DNA from: Selaginella moellendorffii
Taxonomy: Eukaryota > Plantae > Lycopodiophyta
DNA: 64,000 bases
Assembly (NCBI RefSeq): GCF_000143415.4
Contig: NW_003314309.1
Coordinates: 62,001 to 126,000, forward strand
Direction: 5' to 3'
Shown here in pieces: positions 1-9,792 of this stretch. How positions within the stretch are numbered: position 1 is the first letter of the stretch; each line of letters begins with the position of its first letter. Under the pieces are notes generated by a model. That model was not told the DNA's origin, searched no databases, and saw only the letters and a program-made list of their open reading frames with translations. A program made the position numbers and the translations under genes.

Positions 1-178
1 GTAAAGGACAACTATAATTTCCAACTTAAATTTGAGTAACTATAAAGCTATCTTAAAATTTGTAACTAAAGCCAATTTGCTACATTTAAGTTGAGTTGAA
101 AATTAAAACTTAGATTTCGAACAAACACAAAAATTTCGTTGGAAAAACATATCATTATAATGCTTTTATGTAGTAGTG
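1..178 (-). mobile_element. Probable terminus of the CACTA (En/Spm) element, with subterminal repeats
   Basis: TTTTATGTAGTAGTG at 164-178 is the reverse complement of CACTACTACATAAAA. Repeated CAACTTAAA-like motifs lie upstream. In the other units this segment is contiguous with the Tnp2 relic. Confidence 0.6.
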
Positions 179-192
179 TACGGACTGGCAGA

Positions 193-387
193 AGTCAAGT
201 CTAAGTCTTGACCTGCCGAAGTCCACATTGTATCCACCGTGGCCAAAAAATCACCACAAGAAAAAATTGTGCAAAGGTCTATGTTATGTAATATAGTTGA
301 TAGCCCAGTATACCAATGGCAAATCCCAAATCCCCCACTTTATTGACTACCAAGGCTTTCATCAAGGTTCAATCGGCTCGAAGTCAA
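193..387 (+). promoter_or_regulatory. W-box (TTGACY) cluster upstream of RLP copy 1
   Basis: W-boxes at 193 (AGTCAA), 208 (TTGACC), 343 (TTGACT) and 382 (AGTCAA), all within 300 bp of the ATG. Confidence 0.5.
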
Positions 388-483
388 GTGTGCCAAGAAT
401 TGATTAACATTTGTGCGTGTAAACTCTGCGAAAAGAAGAACCTCATCTTTCATGATAGCTCCCACTCTTTGATGTTCTGATCC

Positions 484-3456
484 ATGGCCATGTCTCTCGC
501 GGATTTGCTGCTGCCTTTGTTTCTACTCGTCTTTCTCACAAGATCCCGGTCACAGTGCCCCACAAATCCATCTGCAATCGTGAACGACACACAGGTTCTT
601 CTCTCTCTCCGTGACAGGCTTGGCATCAAAGTGTGGAACGAGACTGCCGATCCAAGAGCATGGCGGGGAGTGGAGTGGAGCTCGGACAACCAAGTGGAGG
701 GCCTCGCTCTGTCCAGGTTTAATCTCTCGGGAGTTTTTCCTGCCACCTGGGCCGAGCTTCCATCGCTGGCTCGCCTGGACCTCTCGCAAAACGGCCTCTC
801 CTCGCTGGAAGTCCCTTGCAAAAATACGCAGCTCAACCTCCTCAACTTGAGCTCCAATTCCCTGCAAGAGTTCCCCGGAAATCTCTCCAGCCTCGAGAGT
901 TTGGAAAGCCTGGACCTCAGTGGGAACTTCTTAACAGTGGCCAGACTCCCAAAGTTTAGCTTGACGCTGCGATCGCTCAACCTGTCCATCAACAACTTAA
1001 CTGGGAGCTTTTCCATTGGTGGTAACCTGGGACTGGAGGCACTGGAACTCTCGCAGAACGGACTCAGCGGCTCCATTCCAGAAACTTTCGGGGAGATGAC
1101 GAACTTGACGCGCCTGGACATATCGTATAACAGGTTTAGAGGAGATCTACCCGATATTTGGAGCAAGAACTTGGAGCTCAGGTACATGCGTATCTCCAAC
1201 AATTCGCTTCATGGTGGTTTGCCACCGAGCTTGAGAAGGCTACGCAAGCTCTCTGTTTTACGCGCTGCATACAACTCTCTCTCCGGGCCACTGGAGCTGG
1301 AAGATGGCAACTTTGCAAGCATCGAGGTTTTGAACCTCGGGCTAAACGGGTTTAGCGGAACGATCCCGGCTACGCTGGGAAGCTTGAGGAACTTGAAGAT
1401 CCTGGTTCTCACGGGGAATCATTTTAGTGGCGCCATACCACTGGAGCTTGGAAACTGGTCGAACATCAGAGAGATATGGCTTGACAGCAATAACTTGACT
1501 GGAACAATCCCAGGCGAGCTCTCGAAGCTCTCGCATCTCCAGAAGCTGGTTCTCACGGGGAATCGTTTTAGTGGCGCCATACCGTCGGAGCTTGGAAACT
1601 GGTCGAACATCAGGGAGATATGGCTCAACAGCAATAACTTGACTGGAACAATCCCAGGCGAGCTCTCGAAGCTCTCGCATCTCCAGAAGCTGGTTCTCAC
1701 GGGGAATCGTTTTAGTGGCGCCATACCGTCGGAGCTTGGAAACTGGTCGAACATCAGGGAGATATGGCTCAACAGCAATAACTTGACTGGAACAATCCCA
1801 GGCGAGCTCTCGAAGCTCTCGCATCTCCAGAAGCTGGTTCTCACGGGGAATCGTTTTAGTGGCGCCATACCGTCGGAGCTTGGAAACTGGTCGAACATCA
1901 GGGAGATATGGCTCAACAGCAATAACTTGACTGGAACAATCCCAGGCGAGCTCTCGAAGCTCTCGCATCTCCAGAAGCTGGTTCTCACGGGGAATCGTTT
2001 TAGTGGCGCCATACCTCCAGAGCTTGGAAACTGGTCGAACATCAAAGAGATATGGCTCGATAGCAATAACTTGACTGGAACAATCCCAGGCGAGCTCTCG
2101 AAGCTCTCACATCTCCAGCAGCTGGTTCTCACGGGGAATCGTTTTAGTGGCGCCATCCCAGGCGAGCTCTCGAAGCTCTCGCATCTCCAAAGGGTGGTTC
2201 TCACGGGGAATCGTTTTAGTGGCGCCATACCTCCGGAGCTTGGAAACTGGTCGAACATCAGGGAGATATGGCTCAACAGCAATAACTTGACTGGAACAAT
2301 CCCAGGCGAGCTCTCGAAGCTCTCGCATCTCCAGAAGCTGGTTCTCACGGGGAATCGTTTTAGTGGCGCCATACCTCCAGAGCTTGGAAACTGGTCGAAC
2401 ATCAAAGAGATATGGCTCAACGGCAATGATTTGACTGGAACAATCCCTGGCGAGCTCTCGAAGCTCTCACATCTCCAGCAGCTAGTTCTCAGCAGTAACG
2501 ACATCGGTGGGGAGCTCCCTTCCGGACTCTCCAACTGCACTGAGCTCGTCGTTCTCTGGCTGGGGCAGAACAAGTTCTCTGGAAATCTCCCTGACAGCTT
2601 CGGGAATTTGAGCCGCCTGCTCCTTCTGTCGCTTTCCAGCAACGATCTTGTCGGTTCAATCCCGGCCATATTGCAAAACATGTCGTCTCTGCAGTTCCTC
2701 TTCCTCGACAACAACAGCTTCAGCGGCTCCATACCGGACTGGCTTCCCAGGCTCACGAACTTACGAGCCATGAACTTCTCGGTTAACAGGTTCTCTGGGG
2801 AGATGCCGGAAAGCATTGGCCGACTGTTTGCCAACGTCCAGCTTTACAACAAGAACAAACGGTCTGTGATGATTCAAACCACGCGAGGACTCCTCTACAA
2901 CGGCTTCGCCTTCCCGACCTCCATAGACTTCTCCTTCAACCAGCTGACTGGAAGCATTCCAGCTGCCATTGGCGACCTCTACAAGCTCCAGGTGCTGCAC
3001 CTGAGCCACAACCAGCTAACAGGTCCCATTCCCGAGTCCCTGGGGAAGGCAAGGAATCTCTCCTGGGTGGGGCTCGCAAGCAATCGTCTCAATGGCTCCA
3101 TACCATCGTCCGTGGCGGACCTCTCGTTTCTCACCATCTTCGACGTCTCCAACAACAGCCTGGTGGGACGGATACCTGACAGCCCACAACTCTCGTCCAT
3201 GGACGCGGCTCTCTTCGCTGGGAATCACCTCTGTGGCTTGCCACTGACCAACACCTGTTCGAGCACTGCTATGCCGCCACATAAGCTTAGAACAGAGGGA
3301 CAAGGTGGTAGCGAACAGGACCAAAGAGAGGTGATAGCACTTGTCAGCGTTGGCATCTTCGTGGCAGCCTTCTTCAACGCGTTCTTCTGGACCTACTTTG
3401 CGGCAAACCGCAGAGCTCATTCCCAGCTCTGTGGATGCTGGCAATCAAATCTCTAG
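484..3456 (+). CDS. LRR receptor-like protein (RLP), copy 1, intact, 990 aa
   Basis: Signal peptide, about 34 plant-type LxxLxLxxNxLxGxIP repeats, an island domain before the last four LRRs, C-cap GNHLCGLPLTNTC, TM helix VIALVSVGIFVAAFFNAFFWTYFAA and a short cytoplasmic tail. No kinase; single exon. Confidence 0.95.
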   Translation: MAMSLADLLLPLFLLVFLTRSRSQCPTNPSAIVNDTQVLLSLRDRLGIKVWNETADPRAWRGVEWSSDNQVEGLALSRFNLSGVFPATWAELPSLARLDLSQNGLSSLEVPCKNTQLNLLNLSSNSLQEFPGNLSSLESLESLDLSGNFLTVARLPKFSLTLRSLNLSINNLTGSFSIGGNLGLEALELSQNGLSGSIPETFGEMTNLTRLDISYNRFRGDLPDIWSKNLELRYMRISNNSLHGGLPPSLRRLRKLSVLRAAYNSLSGPLELEDGNFASIEVLNLGLNGFSGTIPATLGSLRNLKILVLTGNHFSGAIPLELGNWSNIREIWLDSNNLTGTIPGELSKLSHLQKLVLTGNRFSGAIPSELGNWSNIREIWLNSNNLTGTIPGELSKLSHLQKLVLTGNRFSGAIPSELGNWSNIREIWLNSNNLTGTIPGELSKLSHLQKLVLTGNRFSGAIPSELGNWSNIREIWLNSNNLTGTIPGELSKLSHLQKLVLTGNRFSGAIPPELGNWSNIKEIWLDSNNLTGTIPGELSKLSHLQQLVLTGNRFSGAIPGELSKLSHLQRVVLTGNRFSGAIPPELGNWSNIREIWLNSNNLTGTIPGELSKLSHLQKLVLTGNRFSGAIPPELGNWSNIKEIWLNGNDLTGTIPGELSKLSHLQQLVLSSNDIGGELPSGLSNCTELVVLWLGQNKFSGNLPDSFGNLSRLLLLSLSSNDLVGSIPAILQNMSSLQFLFLDNNSFSGSIPDWLPRLTNLRAMNFSVNRFSGEMPESIGRLFANVQLYNKNKRSVMIQTTRGLLYNGFAFPTSIDFSFNQLTGSIPAAIGDLYKLQVLHLSHNQLTGPIPESLGKARNLSWVGLASNRLNGSIPSSVADLSFLTIFDVSNNSLVGRIPDSPQLSSMDAALFAGNHLCGLPLTNTCSSTAMPPHKLRTEGQGGSEQDQREVIALVSVGIFVAAFFNAFFWTYFAANRRAHSQLCGCWQSNL
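1384..2463 (+). repeat. Coding tandem array of 15 x 72-bp LRR modules (mainly 144-bp dimer period) in RLP copy 1
   Basis: ACCGTCGGAG recurs at 1581, 1725 and 1869. WSNIREIWL and LSHLQKLVL modules alternate. Confidence 0.95.
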
Positions 3457-5784
3457 CTCGTCCACCATGTTGCTGCCGTCCTTTCTACCTTCCAGTTTGT
3501 AATCCATCACGACTGCTTGATGAAGTGAACTCTTCTTATCCGCTTTCAAGGCCGCCTCCTGTATAGTCTTGAGCTTATCATGATCCCCCCACAGCCCCGC
3601 GCTCCGGTAGATGCTCGCCAGCAGAACGTACGCAGCCGAGTCATTCTCGTCGATCTTCGTCAGTGCCTCGAACGCACTTCCACTTACAGCAGGCCCCGAG
3701 GACGCTCCTCCAAACCACAGCATCCGCTCTCAAAGGCATGCTCTCGAGGACTTTCGGTTACGAGATCCACCAAGCTGCTGTAGTGATGAATCCCGCAAAC
3801 AATGCCAGAGTCCGGGTCCATTGCCTGGAAAAACTCCCTGCCTCGTTCAACTAGGCCGCCGTGGCTGCAAGCAGTGATGACCGAGACAAACGTGATGGCG
3901 TTTGCTCGCACGCCATCTTCTCGCATCTCACGACAGGCTTCGAACATGCGCGACGTGTCACCCTGTTGGCCGAATCCTGTGATCAGTGCATTCCAGGCGA
4001 CGATATCTCGGACTGCCAGAGATCCAAACAAGTGCTCGCACTCATAACTCCGCACTTCCTGTAGAAGTTTACTCCCCACAACTTGATCGTCTTCCAGCCC
4101 ACGCCTGTAAAGCTCAGCCTGGATTTTCCTTCCACTCCAAGAGTTCCAGCCCGAGCTCACTCTCACCGTTGTCTATATATCCCTGTATCGAGCTCGTCCA
4201 AACGACAACGTCCCGGCTAGGCATGCGTTTGAAAACTGCTCGAGCTTTCACCATATCTCCACACTTGGCATACATGTCCACCAAGCTGCTCCCGACAAAT
4301 CTGTGCTCGCAGCGTCCAAACTTCGCGGCGAGAGAATGAATCTCCATCCCCTTTTCTAGGCTCTGGATTCGCACTAGCTTTCCATCTTCTCGCGGAACAG
4401 GTGGCTCGGACGCTGAAAGGTGGATGCAGGCCATGAGCGCAGCAACAAACGTTCTCTCGTCCGGATCGTTCTCCCGAGCCATGCCAAAGACACCTCCAAG
4501 GCCAGCTTGCTGTCTCCACTTACATCGGCCAGCCATGCCATCGAAGACCTTGCGAGCTTCCTCNNNNNNNNNNNNNNNNNNNNNNNNNNNNNNNNNNNNN
4601 NNNNNNNNNNNNNNNNNNNNNNNNNNNNNNNNNNNNNNNNNNNNNNNNNNNNNNNNNNNNNNNCGGTTTCCAAGCTCTTTCTCTTCACGAGTTTGCCGTC
4701 GACATCCACCGCTTCTTCTCGCATTGCCGAGCTCGCACAGGCGGCAAGCGCAGCAACACACGTCTGAGAGTTTGGACAGCACCCAGATAGCTTCATATCT
4801 TCGAAGAACACGAGAGCCAGCTTGCTTTCCCCGTTGTCCACAAAGCCTTGTATCAAGCTCGTCCAGAGCACCACATCACGACGAGGCATGCTCTCGAAAA
4901 CCATCCGCGCGTCGACCATGCTCCCACACTTTGAGTACATGGTACTTGGCTGCTCCCCACGAAGATATCTCCACAGCAGTGGCTTTTCACAGCTCCATCG
5001 TGAACAGCGAGCCCCTTTTCCAGGCTCTTCGTCTTCACCATCTTTTGGTGGCCTCCTCTTTCACTGCTAGATTCGCACAAGCCTTGGCAGCAGCAACGAA
5101 AGTCCAAGACTTTGGCGAGCAGTCCATTTTCCCAAAGAACTCGAGAGCGACCTCACTTTCTCCATTCTCTACGTAGCCCAGTATCAACGCGTTCCAGGAG
5201 ACCACGTCTCACTGTGACATCTCATCGAAGACCGATCGAGCATCGAGCATGATGCCGCACTTAGCTCGAGAGGAAAACGTCTTCGCTGCAAGACGGTCCC
5301 ATCTGCTTGGCTTGAGAATGGATGCCTCTGCCGGTCTCGAGACTAGCCTCCTTGACGAGCTTCCCATCGACCAAAACAGCGTCTTCCTTCGCCGCGAGGC
5401 TGCTACAAGCCTTTGCCGCGTCCTGGAGTTTGGCTTGCAGCCCGACCGCCTGGCTTGCATCCTCTCGAAGAGATCCAGAGCCACATCACTCTCGCCATTG
5501 GAGACGTAGCCCAGCATCAAGGACATCACGTTTGGGTGAAGAATGCTGTGGAACAGTCCTCCATGCTGCCGCATTTCGCGTACGTTTTTCGTCCACCAGC
5601 GCATTGACAACAAGCTGCTTGTTCTCCGCCGCCTGGCCGTGGATCGCCCAGGCGCAAATTGCCCTTGCGCAAATCCCTTGTGACCTTCAACGCCGACACC
5701 TGCTGATCGGGCGCCCGCGGCGGCGCTGCCGAAGGAGCGAATGCCGGTGCGGCGCATCGAATCGCTGCCATCGCCAAGTCTCAT
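3445..5784 (-). pseudogene. PLS/E-class pentatricopeptide repeat (PPR) pseudogene, copy 1
   Basis: Motifs such as SSLVDMYAKCGDMVKARAVFKRMPSRDVVVWTS and NAITFVSVITACSHGGLVERG, and an E-domain-like DSAAYVLLASIY, are scattered over several frames. No DYW domain seen. Confidence 0.9.
4564..4663. other. Assembly gap (100 N)
   Basis: Run of n. The corresponding interval in unit 4 (54672-54769) is 98 bp. Confidence 1.
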
Positions 5785-5872
5785 CCATCGCAAGAACCCT
5801 AAAAATTTGCTAGCAACATGGAAATTCAATCAAGGCCGTCGATTCAAGAATATCTGACGGTTGGAAAGAATC

Positions 5873-6270
5873 GCAATCCCAGGCTTGTAAGCCGGTGTCC
5901 ATCTCCGCTCGCCCTCGGAGTTAAGTCGATCGGAAACACCGCTGAAAACAGGAACTATGGCGATCAAGCGTAATCGCTCTTAAGACTCTTACCTGTTGAG
6001 GCAGCGATTCCTGCTACTCCACCGGAGATCAAGCTCGTCACCATCCTACTCGGGCCTGAAAGTAACCATGCAATGCCAGGAGGCCTAAGCATGTCAAAAC
6101 TGTGTTTACCAATGCGATGGTGCTCTGTGCCTGTAAAGCTTTTCCAAAAATTTCTCACTCTGAAACTAAAAATAATCCAACTTTGAGCGTTCCAGTAGTT
6201 GTAGAGAGTGTCATACAAGCAGAAGTTTATCCCAATCGTTGGGCCTATGGCAGGAGTCAAGTCTGTGGCA
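5873..6270 (-). pseudogene. Mitochondrial carrier (SLC25/MCF) 3' gene fragment with introns, copy 1
   Basis: GPTIGINFCLYDTLYNYW and SLISGGVAGIAAST, then after a short intron VFPIDLT, the start of the Px(D/E)xx(R/K)xR carrier signature. Confidence 0.75.
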
Positions 6271-7636
6271 TTTGGCAGGGAGGAAAACCAATACCAAAAG
6301 TGTCAGTCAGAGTTCCTTATGAAGGCTAAGAAAGCTCTCCTGTTGATGGATTGTGGAAAGCGTGTGATAGATGTGGACGCACAGCAACATCTACACGCAA
6401 GAGCACAAAAGCTGTAAAGGGAACAACTAACAACAAAGATCACAAAGCTCAAGGTGAGGAAATTCAGGAGAAGATTCCAGACCTGAACATGTAACCACCT
6501 TGCAGGTTCCAAACTGACAGTTGTCAAACCAGTGTAACGTGAACATGACCCAGCAGGAGCAGTCTCCAGCATCCCTACCGCACACAGCAACACCAACACA
6601 ACCAGCTCTCAAGGCCGACACCGACAACATGCCACATCACAGCAAACACCACAGTTGAGAGCATCCCGAGCAAGAGTGATGCTGCAAGCCTGAGCTTACA
6701 CTGGATCTTAAGCTTGGCATTTCTCCAGTTTGTGGACAAAATGCAATGTCTCCAGTCAACACCATAGATGCCAATACCAGCAGATTTTGCAAGGCTTTTC
6801 AACGACAAACAGATGAGCATTTTCATGTGAGACAAAGTCCAATCAACACCTTTGTCTACCAGCCCCTAGATGTGAAGTTCACGAAGATCCAGAACCATAT
6901 TCTCCAGCTCAAGAGGAGCATTCAAGGTACAACTTTCTAGGAATTTGTATGCACAAAGACTTAGCACATGAATAAAGAACTCCCCGAGGAGAATGCAGAG
7001 CTTCACAATGAGATCTGACAACTCAAGGTGAAGCAGCTATAGGGATAGGGTGCGCTACAACAGAAGAACAAGTTCAAGAATGAGCTCTCTGGAGTCATAG
7101 TAGCAATAAAACAGCCCAATGCTATGGAGAAATGAGAGCTTCAAAATGAAACTCAACTCAGTTATGGGAGAAAGTGGAGCATAGAAAATCAACATTATAT
7201 TTAGAAACATCATCCTAAGTCTTGAAATTTAAATCTTAAGACTCAAGAACAGAAATGAGTGGCAGTTGCCAGAACTTATTAAGGAGGTGAGTTAACACTC
7301 AAACTCTATCCCTTTCTTTTGTACTCCAACTTTCCATCATCAATGCACATCTATTTGTGCAAAATCTACAGTACTCAAGTGATGTTAAGTTTATCTTTGC
7401 TCATGACTTCAACAAAAGCTTTCATAGGGATTGAAGGACTCAAGTCATTCCTTTTTTACTTTTTATATGTTTATTTGTGTTTAACTGAAGCAAAATGCAA
7501 AATCAAGTCAAACAAGTGTAGTAGTAAGCATCCACTTTACTCTTACCTTCTTTTATCTTTCACTCTTATTTTCTTTTCCTCTTTCTTTTTTTTCTAGTAC
7601 AAGCTTTTAGCATACAGACTTTTACCCAAGTTTCTA

Positions 7637-8422
7637 GGAATGGCTTGTTTTAACATTTAAAGGAATGATTGCAAAACATATAAAATTTTAGCTTTTAGAT
7701 TGGGATGGATATTTGCTGTTTCTTTGGTATATGTATATCACGGGGTATAAAGTTCCATTGGTGCTTCACTTTATAAACTTTTATGTGGTCATTATTTGAT
7801 ATTACTAATGGAGTTGAGTTTACCTTCGTGATTGCTATAAACTGCCAATACTAAGTCTTGGGATCAACATTTGATGAGCATTTTTCCATTCATTCAAGTG
7901 GAGTTTATTGAGCATTTAGGCTATGTATAAATGGGATAATAACAACACAACAACTTCCATCATCATCCACCAATGGAGTATAAAGTGGATGATTTGGTGT
8001 TAATCCATTTTCCTAATGTTACAATATATGGTTTGTGTAAGGGGCTCTTTATTCAGTGGAAGAGATTATATTAAGTGTTTTGGTAAGTTAAACTGCATGT
8101 TTATAAAGCTTGGCAAAACATTCAATAAACTAATCCTCCAGAAATTATATATATGCAATAACTTAAATGTTTTGTATAAAGGGATCAAGCATTACCTATA
8201 AATCCACCAGTGCCTCCTCCTGATGTTCCTTTAGATCCTAGTCTCTCAACCTGAAAACCTTAACTACCTTTCATCCTTCTAAAAGAATAAGATAATATGA
8301 GGTCTAAGTGTATACCTATGATATTGTATATAAATATTAGTATAATTTTCAAACCACTCACTTCTGTATATAAACTATGGTTTTTGGGCTAATTAAGATG
8401 CATATTTCTATATGCACTAAGA
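7637..8422 (+). mobile_element. Old, C-to-T eroded remnant (integrase 3' part plus 3' LTR) of the same gypsy family as 28174-33165, unit 1
   Basis: Aligns by eye with the reverse complement of ~28174-29020 (e.g. GAGTATAAAGTGGATGATTTGGTGTTA; LTR core CTGTATATAAACTATGGTTTTTGGGCTAATT). Confidence 0.85.
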
Positions 8423-8861
8423 GTGCTACTTAAACTATAAGTGAGGCTAGGAAATAAACCCTTTTATGGCATTTTTCTTAATATTAGATCAAGAGAGTAA
8501 TAAATAACTCAATGAAGTTATCAGTCTTTATATTTTTTCTTAGTGAAAATCTTATAACTTAATATACATATCTAATCAATATAATTCATTGGGAGTAGGT
8601 AAAAATACCATAATATAACTAGTAAATTTTAGAAATATAATAAATTTACTTTTAAATAGGACAGAAAAAAAATTAAATAGAGAATGGATAAAAGTGAAAA
8701 TACAAGTGATAGAGAAGAAACCATTGATATTTTATCCACTTAAAAAGTTCTTCACCACTTAAGAAATAATAAGCTTAAATAGAATATTAATTATATAGTA
8801 TTTTAATTCCTTTTGAAAAATTAAATATCCTCAATGTTTTTAAGGGGAGAAATTTAGAAGC

Positions 8862-9256
8862 TGTAAGCTCCTGAATTTAGACTTCCTAGAAGGTCATCTA
8901 GCTTAGTACTATTCAAACCCAAGAACACTTAATACAAAATATCCCAAAACTTTTAATCGATTGGAAAAAAGGGTACACTCTTATTTATAGGCCCTTTCCT
9001 TTTATATTTGAACCCTATGAATTATCTCTCTCTTTAGTTATTAAGAATCCAATACACTTCTTTGCAAATTCATGCCCTTGTGAATGGAAGTTGAGAGCAA
9101 TAGCTCTCTAGAGAGCCTTACTCTTTTGACACCCTACCCCTTGGGTTGAACCTAGCCGGAGCAAATTAAACCTGCCAAATATCAATTAACATATAGTGCA
9201 ATTCCCTTAACTAACCAACAATATAGACCGTTTCTTGAGTCATTTTTTTTTGTTGC
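8862..9256 (-). mobile_element. Cassandra-type TRIM, internally deleted copy (unit 1)
   Basis: 5S-rRNA-like segment at 8881-8932. The PBS and most of the 5' LTR are missing relative to the unit 2 copy. Confidence 0.8.
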
Positions 9257-9792
9257 ATTTTAAGTTACCAAATGGTATTACTTAAAAAACAAGCAAGTAT
9301 ATTTTTAGGGGCAATTTGTAATGCATATGGTTTTTACCTTTTATCTTATAGTGATTTACTATAAGATAAAAATGAAGTGGAACATAAACCCTCTATGTGC
9401 CACATGTCATCCAAAGGACCTTAAGTTTCAAGGCTTTGGGCTATTAAACAAAAGAATAGTGGCAAACTTTTAGGTATGGACCTAAGGAGTGAAGGTATTA
9501 TAGCACAGAGTGACTTGAAACAGTCCTAGAGTATTTAATATCCCAATGTTAAGACTAACATATAAAATAGAGCCAAATGGAGTTTAATATTATTTCAACA
9601 TACTAATGGCATAATTCAAGGATATAGATACTCCACCAACTAACATCATATGAAACTTAAGCTTAAACTCAAGCCAAATGCAGAACAAGGACAAACACGC
9701 AAGCAAGAGTTAGATTATACCTCAAGTTAACCAGTCATGCCCAATCTACCCACTATCCTTATTATATATATGAAACCCCCCATAGCACCAAG

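Noticed and set aside
1384-2463. Regular repeats that might suggest a CRISPR array
   Set aside because: They are in-frame coding repeats with no unique spacers, in a eukaryotic context with no cas genes.
450-2834. Long antisense ORFs over the RLP genes (also 18120-19538, 35523-37605, 52037-52879)
   Set aside because: These are shadow frames of repetitive LRR codons. They have no independent motif and their length simply follows the tandem array.
7319-7597. Short AT-rich ORFs recurring in each unit (also 8016-8201, 14050-14319)
   Set aside because: Recurrence reflects the duplication. Starts and stops are not conserved, and some lie off-frame within TE relics.
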